Below are positions 15,270 to 24,407 of a stretch of DNA of 26,266 nucleotides, in pieces. Both the position numbers and the translations under genes were made by a program. The DNA is from Gaiellaceae bacterium (lineage in GTDB: Bacteria; Actinomycetota; Thermoleophilia; Gaiellales; Gaiellaceae), in NCBI GenBank assembly GCA_035266765.1, contig DATFMW010000254.1, positions 1 to 26,266 of the forward strand, written 5' to 3'. The number at the start of each line of letters is the position of its first letter. Positions within the stretch are counted from its first letter, which is position 1. The notes beneath the pieces are model-generated. The model saw only the letters and a program-made list of their open reading frames with translations. It was not told the origin of the DNA and did not search any database.

Positions 15270-17689
15270 GCGCAGAGCGCGCCCAGGTCGTCGTCGTGGG
15301 CGGCGGCATCGCGGGCGTGAGCGTCGCGTACCACCTCGCCGAGGCCGGCGTCCGCGACGTCCTGCTGCTCGACAAGGGCGAGCTGACGAGCGGCTCGACC
15401 CACCACGCCGCCGGGCTCGTCACGCAGTTCAACCCGTCGCCGACGATGATGCGCTTCCGCCGCTACAGCGTGGAGCTGTACCGCCGGCTCGGCGTCTTCG
15501 AGGAGGTCGGCAGCCTGCGGATCGCCGCGACCCCGGAGAGCCTCGTCGAGCTCGAGCGCGGCGCGAGCCGGGCGCGGGCGATCGGGCTCGAGCCGGAGCT
15601 GCTCTCGCCCGAGGAGACGGTTGCCCTCCTCCCCGCCGCGAGCCCGGATGCGCTGCTCGGCGCGATCTGGCTCCCCGGCGACGGCTACGTCGACCCGCAC
15701 ATCGCCACGTACGCGGTCGCGGCGGCGGCGCGCGAGCTCGGCGTCGAGATCCGGACGCACACGCGCGTGACCGGCATCGAGCTCGGCCCGCGCCACGAGG
15801 TGCGCGCCGTGCTCACCGAGTCGGGCCGCATCGAGACGGAGACCGTCGTGAATGCGTGCGGGATCTGGGCGCCGCAGGTCTCGGCGCTCGTCGGCGCGTT
15901 CACGCCCTCGATCCCGGTCGACCACCAGCACGTCGCGCTCGTGGCCGTCTCCGGACACGAGCTGCCGCGCTCCACGCCGTGCTTCCGCGACGTCGACAAC
16001 CTCGTCTACGGCAAGGCGGAGGCGGGCGGCGTGCTCTTCGGCGGCTACGAGCCCGGTCCCGTCTCGCGCTGGGAGGACGGCGTCCCGTGGGAGCACGGCG
16101 CCCGTGCGCTGCCGCCCGACCACGAGCGGTTCCAGCCGCTGCTGGACGGCGCCGTCCGCCGCTTCCCGTTTCTCGACGACGCGGGCGTAGCCGCGCTCGT
16201 CTGCCACCCCGACGCGATGACGCCGGACGGAAATCCGTTGCTCGGGCCGATGCCGGGCGTGCCCGGCCTCTGGCTCGCCGCCGGACTCTCGCTGAACGGC
16301 TTCGGCGGCGCCGGCGGCCTCGGACGTGCGCTCGCGGAGTGGCTGACGGCCGGCGAGACCGAGCTCGACGTCTCCGCCTACCGCGCCTGGCGTTTCGCCC
16401 GCCCGTACCGGAACACCGGCTTCGCAGCCGCGGCCGCCCGCGAGGTGTACCGCTACTACTACCGCCTCCGCTACCCGCTCGACACCGACGAGTGGGGCCG
16501 GCCGCAGCGCCTGAGCCCGCTGCACGGACGGCTCCAGGAGCTCGGCGCCGTCTTCGGCACGAAGGCCGGCTGGGAGCGTGCCGACTTCGTCGAGCCGGGC
16601 CGCCCGTGGCGGCGGGCCGGCGCCGACCAGCGTGCGTTCGGCTGGACCGCTCCGCCCTGGCTCGACCGGCTCCGTGCCGAGCACGAGGCCTTCCGCGAGC
16701 GGGCCGGGCTGATCGACCTGACCTCGTTCGGCAAGCTCGAAGTCTCGGGTCCGGGCGCGCTCGCGCTGCTCGAGCACGTCTGCGACAACCGCATCGACCG
16801 GCCGCCGGGCTCCGTCGTCTACACGCAGCTGCTCGAGCCGCGCGGCGGCATCGTCGGCGACGTGACGGTGACCCGCCTCGCCGAGGAGCGCTTCCGCATC
16901 GTCACCGGCGCGGCCGCGGCGGCCTCGGATCTCGGCTGGCTGCGCCTGCACGCGCCCGACGACGGCTCCGTCACGCTCCGCGACGTCACCGGTGAGCTCG
17001 CGGTGATCGGCATCTGGGGGCCGCGGGCCCGCGACGTCCTCACCGCGGTGACCGGCGACGACGTGTCCCGCGACGCGTTCCCGTTCGGGACGGCCCGCAC
17101 GATCCGGATCGGCGCGGCGGAGGCGCTTGCCAAGCGCGTCACCTTCGTGGGCGAGCTCGGCTGCGAGCTCTACGTCGAGCCCGCCTGGGCGGTGCAGGTC
17201 TGGGACCGGCTGCTCGCGGCAGGCCGCCCGCACGGGATCGAGCCGGCCGGCTACCGCGTGCTCGACTCGCTGCGGATCGAGCAGGGCTATCGCGTCTACG
17301 GCACCGACCTGACCGCCTCCGATACGCCCTACGAGGCGGGGCTCGGCTTCTGCGTGGCGCTCGACAAGGGCGACTTCGTCGGGCGTGCCGCCCTCGCGAC
17401 GCCGGGCGCCGCCGAGCCGGCGGAGCGGCTCCGGACGCTGCTCATCGGCGGCGCCGACTACCTGCCGCTCTACGGCGGTGAGGCCGTGCGCGTCGACGGC
17501 GCCGTCGCGGGCCGCGTGCGCAGCTGCGCATACGGCTTCACGGTCGGCCGCACCGTCGCGCTCGCGAAGCTTCCCGCGGCGCTCGCGCAGGGCACGCGCG
17601 TCGAGGTGGACGTGCTCGGCCATCCGGTCGAGGCCGAGGTCGCCGCCGACTGCCTCTACGACCCGGCGCACGCCCGCGCCCGCTCCTAG
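15266..17689 (+). CDS. Dimethylglycine/sarcosine dehydrogenase-family flavoprotein #2 (DAO + GcvT domains)
   Basis: GTGA overlap with the GntR stop. VVVGGGIAG, GSTHHAAG, GGYE, MTPDGNP, GWER, GGIVGDVTV and LRIEQGY. Confidence 0.9.
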   Translation: MSAERAQVVVVGGGIAGVSVAYHLAEAGVRDVLLLDKGELTSGSTHHAAGLVTQFNPSPTMMRFRRYSVELYRRLGVFEEVGSLRIAATPESLVELERGASRARAIGLEPELLSPEETVALLPAASPDALLGAIWLPGDGYVDPHIATYAVAAAARELGVEIRTHTRVTGIELGPRHEVRAVLTESGRIETETVVNACGIWAPQVSALVGAFTPSIPVDHQHVALVAVSGHELPRSTPCFRDVDNLVYGKAEAGGVLFGGYEPGPVSRWEDGVPWEHGARALPPDHERFQPLLDGAVRRFPFLDDAGVAALVCHPDAMTPDGNPLLGPMPGVPGLWLAAGLSLNGFGGAGGLGRALAEWLTAGETELDVSAYRAWRFARPYRNTGFAAAAAREVYRYYYRLRYPLDTDEWGRPQRLSPLHGRLQELGAVFGTKAGWERADFVEPGRPWRRAGADQRAFGWTAPPWLDRLRAEHEAFRERAGLIDLTSFGKLEVSGPGALALLEHVCDNRIDRPPGSVVYTQLLEPRGGIVGDVTVTRLAEERFRIVTGAAAAASDLGWLRLHAPDDGSVTLRDVTGELAVIGIWGPRARDVLTAVTGDDVSRDAFPFGTARTIRIGAAEALAKRVTFVGELGCELYVEPAWAVQVWDRLLAAGRPHGIEPAGYRVLDSLRIEQGYRVYGTDLTASDTPYEAGLGFCVALDKGDFVGRAALATPGAAEPAERLRTLLIGGADYLPLYGGEAVRVDGAVAGRVRSCAYGFTVGRTVALAKLPAALAQGTRVEVDVLGHPVEAEVAADCLYDPAHARARS

Positions 17690-17732
17690 CCCCACGTATC
17701 CGCCCGGATCGGGTCACACGCTCGTGACAGTG

Positions 17733-17748
17733 CTTCGGCATGCCGAAG
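17733..17748. repeat. Perfect 16-bp palindrome CTTCGGCATGCCGAAG
   Basis: Seen directly in the intergenic gap between convergent genes. A smaller GTCAC-N6-GTGAC inverted repeat lies just upstream. Confidence 0.55.
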
Positions 17749-17770
17749 GGCGTGGGTTGTGGAAAACGCA

Positions 17771-17796
17771 GAGGGGCGCCCCTCGGGGCGCCCCTC
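17771..17796 (-). terminator. GC-rich hairpin, probable intrinsic terminator of the betaine ABC operon
   Basis: GAGGGGCGCCCC-TC-GGGGCGCCCCTC, 24 nt after the SBP stop. On the minus strand it is followed by TGCGTTTTCC. Confidence 0.65.
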
Positions 17797-17820
17797 GAAT
17801 TGCGTCGATTCAGACTCGCG

Positions 17821-18801
17821 CTACTTCTTGCCGAGCCACTTGTTGACGGTCTTCATGTTCGACTTCACCCACTTCTGGGCCGCCTTCGCGGGATCCATGT
17901 GATCTCCGGCGATCCACTTGGCGACGAGGTTCTGGGCGTTGTTCGACGGCCACCGCCACCGCTTGAGGACCTTGACGGCGGGCGAGCCGCTGGTCGCGAA
18001 CTGCTTGCTGAACAGCTTCTCGAGCGGGTACGAGGAGTACGCGCATGCGTACGCCTTGACGTTGCCGCCTGCAGTCGCGTCGTCCTTGCAGCCCTTGAAG
18101 CGCTTGGGCAGCTTCACCTCGACGAGATGGAGCTGAGCGTTCAGGTACTGCGGCGTCCACCAGTACATGATCACCGGCTTGTGCTGCTTGATCAGCTGCG
18201 TGAACCGTGCGACCTCGGCCGGCTCGGCACCGACCGTCACGTGCTTGAAGTTGAGCCCGAGCGCCTGGATCAGCTGCGTGTCCTTCTGCTCGTAGGAGGG
18301 GTCTCCGCCCAGGAACATGCCCTGCGGCGCCTCCGGCGAGGCGAACACGCTCTCGTGCCCCTTCAGGCCCTTCCACGTCTTGAACTCGGGGTACTGCTTG
18401 AGCAGGTAGCTGGGGATGTACCAGCCGATATGCCCGGTCAGGCCGTTCGAGCCGACGAGGACGACCGACTTCTGCTTGTGCACGTACTGCTTGTACTGGG
18501 CGACGTGCTGCCAGTCCTCGAGCACGGCGTCGACCTTGCCCTTGGCCATCGCCTCGTAGACCGGGATCTCGGCGATGTTCGTGATCTTCACCTTGCAGCC
18601 GAGGAAGTGCTCGAGCACGTACTTCGCGACATACGTGTTGGCGGTGGAGCCCGACCACGCCTGCTCGTTCAGCGTGACCGTGCCACAACTCGCCCCGGTC
18701 TTCGCCGCCGCGGTGCCCGCGCCGGTGAGGACGGCGACTGCGGCGATCCCCGCGCCGAGAAGCGCTAGACGGGCGGGGCCCCGCCAAAACCGATTCGACA
18801 T
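17821..18801 (-). CDS. proX: Glycine betaine/proline betaine/choline ABC substrate-binding protein (ProX/OpuAC family)
   Basis: SD AAGGAGGG before ATG 18801, a Sec-type signal peptide, OpuAC-like segments (WSGS, LEDW, GWYIP, YWWTP), and operon position after ProV/ProW-like genes. Confidence 0.75.
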   Translation of the reverse strand: MSNRFWRGPARLALLGAGIAAVAVLTGAGTAAAKTGASCGTVTLNEQAWSGSTANTYVAKYVLEHFLGCKVKITNIAEIPVYEAMAKGKVDAVLEDWQHVAQYKQYVHKQKSVVLVGSNGLTGHIGWYIPSYLLKQYPEFKTWKGLKGHESVFASPEAPQGMFLGGDPSYEQKDTQLIQALGLNFKHVTVGAEPAEVARFTQLIKQHKPVIMYWWTPQYLNAQLHLVEVKLPKRFKGCKDDATAGGNVKAYACAYSSYPLEKLFSKQFATSGSPAVKVLKRWRWPSNNAQNLVAKWIAGDHMDPAKAAQKWVKSNMKTVNKWLGKK

Positions 18802-18835
18802 ACGACCCTCCTTGTAGTGGTCATCCGAGTGGTGC

Positions 18836-20824
18836 CTACCCACGCTCAGACTCCCTTTGCGATCGTTGGTTGCCCTGCGTCACGCGGTCGAGCGCGATAC
18901 CGAGCGCGAGGATGGCGAGCGATGCGACGACGCCGAAACCGAACTCGTTCCGCTGCAGCCCCTGTGCCACCTCGTAGCCGAGGGCGCCCGACCCGACGAG
19001 GCCCGCGATCACGACGACGGCGAGCACCATGATGATTCCCTGGTTGACGCCGAGCATGATCGCGTCGCGCGCGAGCGGGATCTTGACCTTGAGCAAGATC
19101 TGCGCCCTCGTGGCGCCGCACGCCTTCGCGGCCTCGACGGCGTGCGGCGCGACGTCGCTGACGCCGCGCTCGACGAGACGGACGACGACCGGAAACGCGT
19201 ACAGCACCGAGGCGAGAAGCCCCGGAATGTACGAGATCGGGAAGAGGTACACGAACGGGACGACGTAGACGAGCTGCGGCAGCGTCTGGAGCACGTCGTT
19301 GACCGGACGCGTGATGCGGCTCACCGTGCGGCTCTCGGCCGCCCAGACCCCGAGCACGAGTCCCAGGGCGACGGCGATCGCGGTCGCGACGAGCACCTGC
19401 GAAAACGTGTGCATCGCCGGCTGCCACTCGCCGACCACTCCGATCACCGCGAACATCAGCGCGGTCGTCACCGCCCGCCGCAGCCCACTGAGCACGAACG
19501 CGATCGCGACGAGCCCCGCGAACGTGACGAACCACGGAGGCTCCGCGAGGAACGCGTCGAGCGGCTGCAGCACGTGCACGACGAGGAACACGCCGAGCGG
19601 GTTCGTGATGTCGCGGAAGAGGAACGTGCCGGGGTTCGCCATGTAGTCGAGCGCGTTCTGCACGTAGTGGAGCAGCCAGTCCCGCGCCGTCCAGCGCGAG
19701 TAGATCGCACCGGCGCCGAACGCGTACGCGAGGCCGGTGGCCAGCCCGACTCCCGCCGCAGCCGCCGCGGTCGCGGTGCGCGTGCGCAGCCAGCCGGCCG
19801 CGTCGGCGTGACGTTGGGCCGGATCCGTTCGGTCGGCGATCGCCTCGGTGACGCGGTCGAGCGCGATCGCCATCACGACGATCGCCGCGCCGGCGAGCAC
19901 GGCGAGCGCGGGGTTCGAGTAGAGGCCGTTGGTGACCGCGCTACCGAGACCGCCCCCACCGATGAGGCCGGCGATGACCACCATCGAGAGCGCGAACAGG
20001 ATCGTCTGGTTCACCGACAGCAGCAGCAGCCGGCGCGCGAGCGGCAGCTGCACCTTGCCGAGCATCTGCATCGAGGTCGATCCCATCGAGGCCGCGGCCT
20101 CGACGGTGTTCGGGGGGACGCCCCGGATGCCGAGCGCGGTGATCCGGATCGCGGGGGGGATCGCGTAGATCATCGTCGTGATCACCGCGGCGCCCGGGCC
20201 GACCGAGAACAGGATCACGACCGGCATCAGGTACGCGAACGCGGGCACGATCTGCATCGCGTCGAGCACCGGCGTGATCGCGCGGTTGAACCTGGTCGAC
20301 CTGCCGGCGATCACGCCGAGCGGCATGCCGACGGCGAGCGAGAGCCCGACGGCGGCGAGCATGAGCGCGAAGGTCTGCATGCTCTCGTCCCAGAGGCCCA
20401 CGGCACCGAACGAGGCGAACCCCGCGAGCATGATCGCTCCGGCCCGCACCCCGCCGAAGCGAAGCGCGATCAGCGTGCCGAGCGCCGTGGTGCCCGGCCA
20501 TCTCAGCCTGGTGAACGCGTCGTAGAGCCAGGTGACGAGCGTGTTCAGGCCCGAGCTGATGCCGTTGAGAACGCGCACGAACACGTTCGGAGTTGCGGCG
20601 TCCCCCTGGTTCGAGAGCCACGCCTGGAAGCGGTCGAGATATCCGGTGAGCGATGTCCACTCGAGCGCGGCAGGCCATGAGAGGGTGTGGGAGAGCGCGA
20701 AGTAACACACGACCATCGCCCCCACGATCGCGGTGAAGAGCGTCAGCCGGCTCCGCCACCAGGGGCGATGCTCGAGCACGGCGAGCGCCGGAGCGTCGAC
20801 CATCTGGCCGTGCGCGACGGCCAC
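18836..20824 (-). CDS. proW: Betaine-type ABC permease with two fused ProW/OpuAB domains
   Basis: Two repeats of D.MQ..P.F.YL.P / D.LQTLP..VY..P, and two EAA loops (EAAASMGST, EAAKACGAT). Confidence 0.85.
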   Translation of the reverse strand: MAVAHGQMVDAPALAVLEHRPWWRSRLTLFTAIVGAMVVCYFALSHTLSWPAALEWTSLTGYLDRFQAWLSNQGDAATPNVFVRVLNGISSGLNTLVTWLYDAFTRLRWPGTTALGTLIALRFGGVRAGAIMLAGFASFGAVGLWDESMQTFALMLAAVGLSLAVGMPLGVIAGRSTRFNRAITPVLDAMQIVPAFAYLMPVVILFSVGPGAAVITTMIYAIPPAIRITALGIRGVPPNTVEAAASMGSTSMQMLGKVQLPLARRLLLLSVNQTILFALSMVVIAGLIGGGGLGSAVTNGLYSNPALAVLAGAAIVVMAIALDRVTEAIADRTDPAQRHADAAGWLRTRTATAAAAAGVGLATGLAYAFGAGAIYSRWTARDWLLHYVQNALDYMANPGTFLFRDITNPLGVFLVVHVLQPLDAFLAEPPWFVTFAGLVAIAFVLSGLRRAVTTALMFAVIGVVGEWQPAMHTFSQVLVATAIAVALGLVLGVWAAESRTVSRITRPVNDVLQTLPQLVYVVPFVYLFPISYIPGLLASVLYAFPVVVRLVERGVSDVAPHAVEAAKACGATRAQILLKVKIPLARDAIMLGVNQGIIMVLAVVVIAGLVGSGALGYEVAQGLQRNEFGFGVVASLAILALGIALDRVTQGNQRSQRESERG

Positions 20825-20825
20825 G

Positions 20826-21902
20826 TCAGTCCTCCTCGTCCGCGATCGTGTGCAGGACCGCCACGCGATCGACCACGCCGACGACCCGGTCGCCCTCGAC
20901 GGCGATGACCGGACGCTCGCTGCCCGCGAGCGCCCGCACCGCGTCGCGCACGATCGTTGAGACGGGAAGCCGAGGCCCGTCGAGGAGCTCGTCCGGCTCG
21001 ACGGGACGCATGATGGAGCGCAGCGTCAGCACGTGGCTGCGTGGGATGTCGCGGACGAAGTTCGCGACGTACTCGTCGGCCGGCGAGCCGACGAGATCCT
21101 CGGCCGTGCCGAGCTGGACGATCGCCCCGTCGCGCATGATCGCGATCCGGTCTCCGAGGCGAAGCGCCTCGGCGAGATCGTGCGTGACGAAGACCATCGT
21201 CTTGCCCGTCTCGTGCTGCAGCCGGATCACCTCGTCCTGCATCTCGCGGCGGATCAGCGGATCGAGCGCGCTGAACGGCTCGTCGTAGAGCATCACCATC
21301 GGGTCGGCGGCGAAGGCCCGGGCGACGCCGACGCGCTGCTGCATGCCGCCGGAGAGCTGGTCGGGGAACTGGTTGGCGCTGTCCTCGAGCCCGACGAGGC
21401 GGAGCACCGCCTGGGCGCGCTCCAGCCGCTCTGCCTTCGACACTCCCTGGATCTCGAGCCCGAAGGCGACGTTGTCGATCACACGCCGGTGCGCGAGCAG
21501 ACCGAAATGCTGGAAGACCATGGCCGACGTGTGCCGCCGCAACTCCCGCAGCTCCGCCTGCGACGCGGCGCTGACGTCGTGGCCGGCGATCCGGATCTCG
21601 CCCGCGGTCGGCTCGATCAGCCGGATCAGCGTCCGGACGAGCGTCGACTTGCCGGAGCCGGAGAGGCCCATGACGACGAAGACCTCGCCGGGCCAGACCT
21701 CGAACGAGACGTCGCGGACGGCGGCGACGCAGCCGTGCTTCGCGCGCAGCTCGGCGCGCGGCAGACTCGCGTCGGGCGTACCCATCACCCGGTCCGCGTG
21801 ACGCCCGAAGATCTTCCAGACGCCGTCGGCTCGGATCAGCGGCTCGCCGCTGCGATCGACTTCGTGGCCGAGGACGCCCGCCGCTTCGCCCGCAGCAGTC
21901 AC
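20826..21902 (-). CDS. proV: Betaine-type ABC ATP-binding protein (ProV/OpuAA) with a CBS-like C-terminus
   Basis: [39 protein letters not shown] and FVTHDL.EA. Confidence 0.9.
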   Translation of the reverse strand: MTAAGEAAGVLGHEVDRSGEPLIRADGVWKIFGRHADRVMGTPDASLPRAELRAKHGCVAAVRDVSFEVWPGEVFVVMGLSGSGKSTLVRTLIRLIEPTAGEIRIAGHDVSAASQAELRELRRHTSAMVFQHFGLLAHRRVIDNVAFGLEIQGVSKAERLERAQAVLRLVGLEDSANQFPDQLSGGMQQRVGVARAFAADPMVMLYDEPFSALDPLIRREMQDEVIRLQHETGKTMVFVTHDLAEALRLGDRIAIMRDGAIVQLGTAEDLVGSPADEYVANFVRDIPRSHVLTLRSIMRPVEPDELLDGPRLPVSTIVRDAVRALAGSERPVIAVEGDRVVGVVDRVAVLHTIADEED

Positions 21903-21908
21903 CGTCGT

Positions 21909-21937
21909 AACGTACTCCGATGTGGTGAAGATTCCAA
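21909..21937 (-). promoter_or_regulatory. Putative sigma70-type leaderless promoter for proVWX
   Basis: Minus strand: TTGGAA (21937-21932), 17 nt, TACGTT (21914-21909), 6 nt, then the GTG start at 21902. Confidence 0.6.
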
Positions 21938-21939
21938 GT

Positions 21940-23607
21940 TCAAAATAGTCCTACCGTCCGTCCCTCGTCGTCGATGTCGACGTTGAACGCAGCGGGCGTC
22001 CGACCGAGCCCGGGCATCGTCTGCATGTCGCCGCAGAGCGCGACGAGCCAGCCTGCGCCCGTGTAGGCGCGGATGTCGCGGACGGTGACGGTGAAACCGG
22101 TGGGCGCGTTCGAGAGCGTGGCGTCGTGTGAGAGCGACAGGTGCGTCTTCGCCATGCAGATCGGCAGCTTGTCGAAGCCGACCGCCTCGAACTGCTTCAC
22201 CTTCTCCTGTGCCGCCTTGCCGAGGATGACCCCGTCCGCGCCGTAGACGCGCTTCGCGATCAGGTCGATCTTCTCCTCGATCGTCGCGTCGAGCGGATAC
22301 ACGGGCGCGAACGCGCTCGGCGCCTCGGTCGCGGCAATCACGGCCCGGGCGAGGTCGGCCGCGCCCTGGCCGCCGCGCGTGACGGCCTCGTTCGCCTCGG
22401 CGGCGAAGGCGCCGTTGCCGAGCGCGAGCTCGCGGACGAGCTCGACCTCCTCGTCGGTGTCGTCGGGGAAGCGGTTCACGGCGACGACGGCGTTGAGGCC
22501 GAACTCGCGGATGATGCTCAGGTGGCGGACCATGTTCGCCGCGCCGCGCCGGATCGCGTCCGCACCGCCCTCCGGTTCGCCCGCGTGGTGCTTGAGCGCC
22601 TTGACCGTCGCGACGAGGACGACCGCACTCGGGCGCAGGCCGCCGACGCGGCAGACGATGTCGAAGAACTTCTCCATGCCCATGTCGGAGCCGAAGCCCG
22701 ACTCGGTGACGACGATGTCGCCGAGCTTGAGCGCAACCCGGTCGGAGACGAGCGAGTTGTTGCCGTGCGCGATGTTCGCGAAGGGGCCGCAGTGGACGAA
22801 CGCCGGCTGCCCCTCGAGCGTCTGCACGAGGTTCGGCTTGATCGTGTCCTTCAGCAGGACGGTCATCGCGCCGGCCGCTCTGAGCTGCTCGGCGGTGACG
22901 GGCTCGCCCGCATAGGTCGCGCCGACGGTGATCCGGCCGAGCCGCTCGCGCAGATCGTGCAGGTCGCGCGCGACGGCGACGATCGCCATCACCTCGGAGG
23001 CGGCCGTGATGTCGAAGCCTGTCTGGCGCGCGTAGCCGTTCGCGCGGCCGCCGAGCCCGACGGCGATGTCGCGGAGCGCACGGTCGTTCATGTCCATGCA
23101 GCGCCGCCACGTGATCGAGAGCGGGTCGATGCCGAGCGCGTTCCCGTGCAGGAGATGCGCCTCGAGCATCGCGGCGAGCAGGTTGTTCGCGGCGCCGATC
23201 GCGTGGATGTCGCCGGTGAAGTGGAGGTTCATGTCCTCCATCGGCACGACCTGCGCATAGCCGGCGCCGGCCGCGCCGCCCTTGATCCCGAACACTGGGC
23301 CGAGCGATGCCTCGCGCAGGCACAGCACCGGCTTGCGGCCGATGTGGCCGAGCCCCTGGGTGAGCGACACCGAGGTCGTCGTCTTCCCCTCGCCCGCCTT
23401 CGTCGGCGTGATGGCGGTGACACACACGAGCGTCGCGTCCGGGCGATCGGAGAGCCGATCGATGACCGACAGGCCGACCTTCGCCTTGTAGCGGCCGTAG
23501 AGGTCGACCTCGTCGGGCTCGAGACCCGCGTCCGCGGCGATCTCGGCGATCGGCCGGAGCTCAGCGGTCTGAGCGATCTCGAGCGACGAGGGAAGGTGCG
23601 TAGCCAA
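21940..23607 (-). CDS. fhs: Formate--tetrahydrofolate ligase
   Basis: [60 protein letters not shown] and MQTMPGL. TTG start with SD AAAGGA. Confidence 0.97.
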   Translation of the reverse strand: MATHLPSSLEIAQTAELRPIAEIAADAGLEPDEVDLYGRYKAKVGLSVIDRLSDRPDATLVCVTAITPTKAGEGKTTTSVSLTQGLGHIGRKPVLCLREASLGPVFGIKGGAAGAGYAQVVPMEDMNLHFTGDIHAIGAANNLLAAMLEAHLLHGNALGIDPLSITWRRCMDMNDRALRDIAVGLGGRANGYARQTGFDITAASEVMAIVAVARDLHDLRERLGRITVGATYAGEPVTAEQLRAAGAMTVLLKDTIKPNLVQTLEGQPAFVHCGPFANIAHGNNSLVSDRVALKLGDIVVTESGFGSDMGMEKFFDIVCRVGGLRPSAVVLVATVKALKHHAGEPEGGADAIRRGAANMVRHLSIIREFGLNAVVAVNRFPDDTDEEVELVRELALGNGAFAAEANEAVTRGGQGAADLARAVIAATEAPSAFAPVYPLDATIEEKIDLIAKRVYGADGVILGKAAQEKVKQFEAVGFDKLPICMAKTHLSLSHDATLSNAPTGFTVTVRDIRAYTGAGWLVALCGDMQTMPGLGRTPAAFNVDIDDEGRTVGLF

Positions 23608-23640
23608 ATTGCGTCCTTTCTTCAGCTGATCGCCGCCGAG

Positions 23641-23656
23641 AATATGAGTAATGTAT
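23641..23656. promoter_or_regulatory. Bidirectional promoter core and candidate GntR operator, copy 1
   Basis: Plus -10 TAATGT (23649-23654) lies 6 nt before GTG 23661; minus -10 TACATT (23655-23650) serves fhs. The minus strand reads ATACATTACTCATATT, 13/16 identical to 24361-24376. Confidence 0.6.
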
Positions 23657-23660
23657 CTGT

Positions 23661-24326
23661 GTGTCCAGTGTCGGACCTCTCGTCGCCGAGCCGGTGTCGC
23701 TCGCAGAGAAGGCCTACTACGCGATTCGAGCGATGATCGTGTCGCTCGAGCTTCGCCCCGGCGCGGTGATCAACGAGCGGGAGCTCGTACAGCAGCTCGG
23801 CATCGGCCGCACCCCGGTCCGCGAAGCGCTCCGGCGGCTGGCGCAGGAACAGCTCGTCGAGGTCTATCCCCGCCGCGGCATGTTCGTGACCTCCGTCGAG
23901 ATCCGCGATCTCGCGAGTCTATGCGAGGTCCGGCTCGTGCTCGAACCGCACGCAGCGACGCTCGCCGCCGAGCGCGCGACGGCTGCGGAGCGGGACGCGC
24001 TCGAGGCCCTCGTCGCGGAGATCGACGCGGACGAGAGCCTCGACCGGGCCGCGCTGATGGCGCTCGACGAGCGCATCCACCGCTCTGTCTACGCCTGCAG
24101 CCACAACACCTTCCTCGCCGAGACGCTGGAGGAGTACTACGTGCTCGCGCTCCGCATCTGGCACCTCGCCCTCGACCAGGCGAGCGAGCTCGGGGCGGCG
24201 GTGCAGGAGCACCGGCCCATGCTCGAGGCGGTCAGTGCCGGCAAGGCCCGCCTGGCGGGTGAGCTCATGCATCGGCACGTGGCCGACTTCGAGGAGGCGA
24301 TGCGTCGCGTCCTGCTCGGGCTCTGA
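23661..24326 (+). CDS. GntR-family regulator, FadR/FCD subfamily
   Basis: wHTH INERELVQQLGIGRTPVREALRRL...PRRG, and an FCD domain (LDERIH.SVY...N..L, EHR.ML, MHRHV). Confidence 0.92.
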   Translation: MSSVGPLVAEPVSLAEKAYYAIRAMIVSLELRPGAVINERELVQQLGIGRTPVREALRRLAQEQLVEVYPRRGMFVTSVEIRDLASLCEVRLVLEPHAATLAAERATAAERDALEALVAEIDADESLDRAALMALDERIHRSVYACSHNTFLAETLEEYYVLALRIWHLALDQASELGAAVQEHRPMLEAVSAGKARLAGELMHRHVADFEEAMRRVLLGL

Positions 24327-24360
24327 CGTGCACCCCCTGCTGCTTGCACATCCGCGTCAA

Positions 24361-24376
24361 ATATATTACTGATATG
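24361..24376 (+). promoter_or_regulatory. Candidate -10 box (TATATT) and GntR operator, copy 2
   Basis: ATATATTACTGATATG, an AT-rich island containing ATAT-N5-ATAT. SD GGAGG at 24395-24399 precedes GTG 24408. Confidence 0.6.
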
Positions 24377-24407
24377 CCTTCTCCTGCGACCCCCGGAGGT
24401 CTTGCTC

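Noticed and set aside
8693-17689. Annotation as glycine cleavage system gcvT
   Set aside because: These are about 810-aa DAO+GcvT-domain fusions, and no gcvH or gcvP is present.
23608-24407. THF or glycine riboswitch upstream of fhs or the GcvT-domain genes
   Set aside because: The intergenic gaps (53 and 81 bp; 59 and 28 bp elsewhere) are too short once promoters are placed, and I recognised no conserved aptamer sequence.
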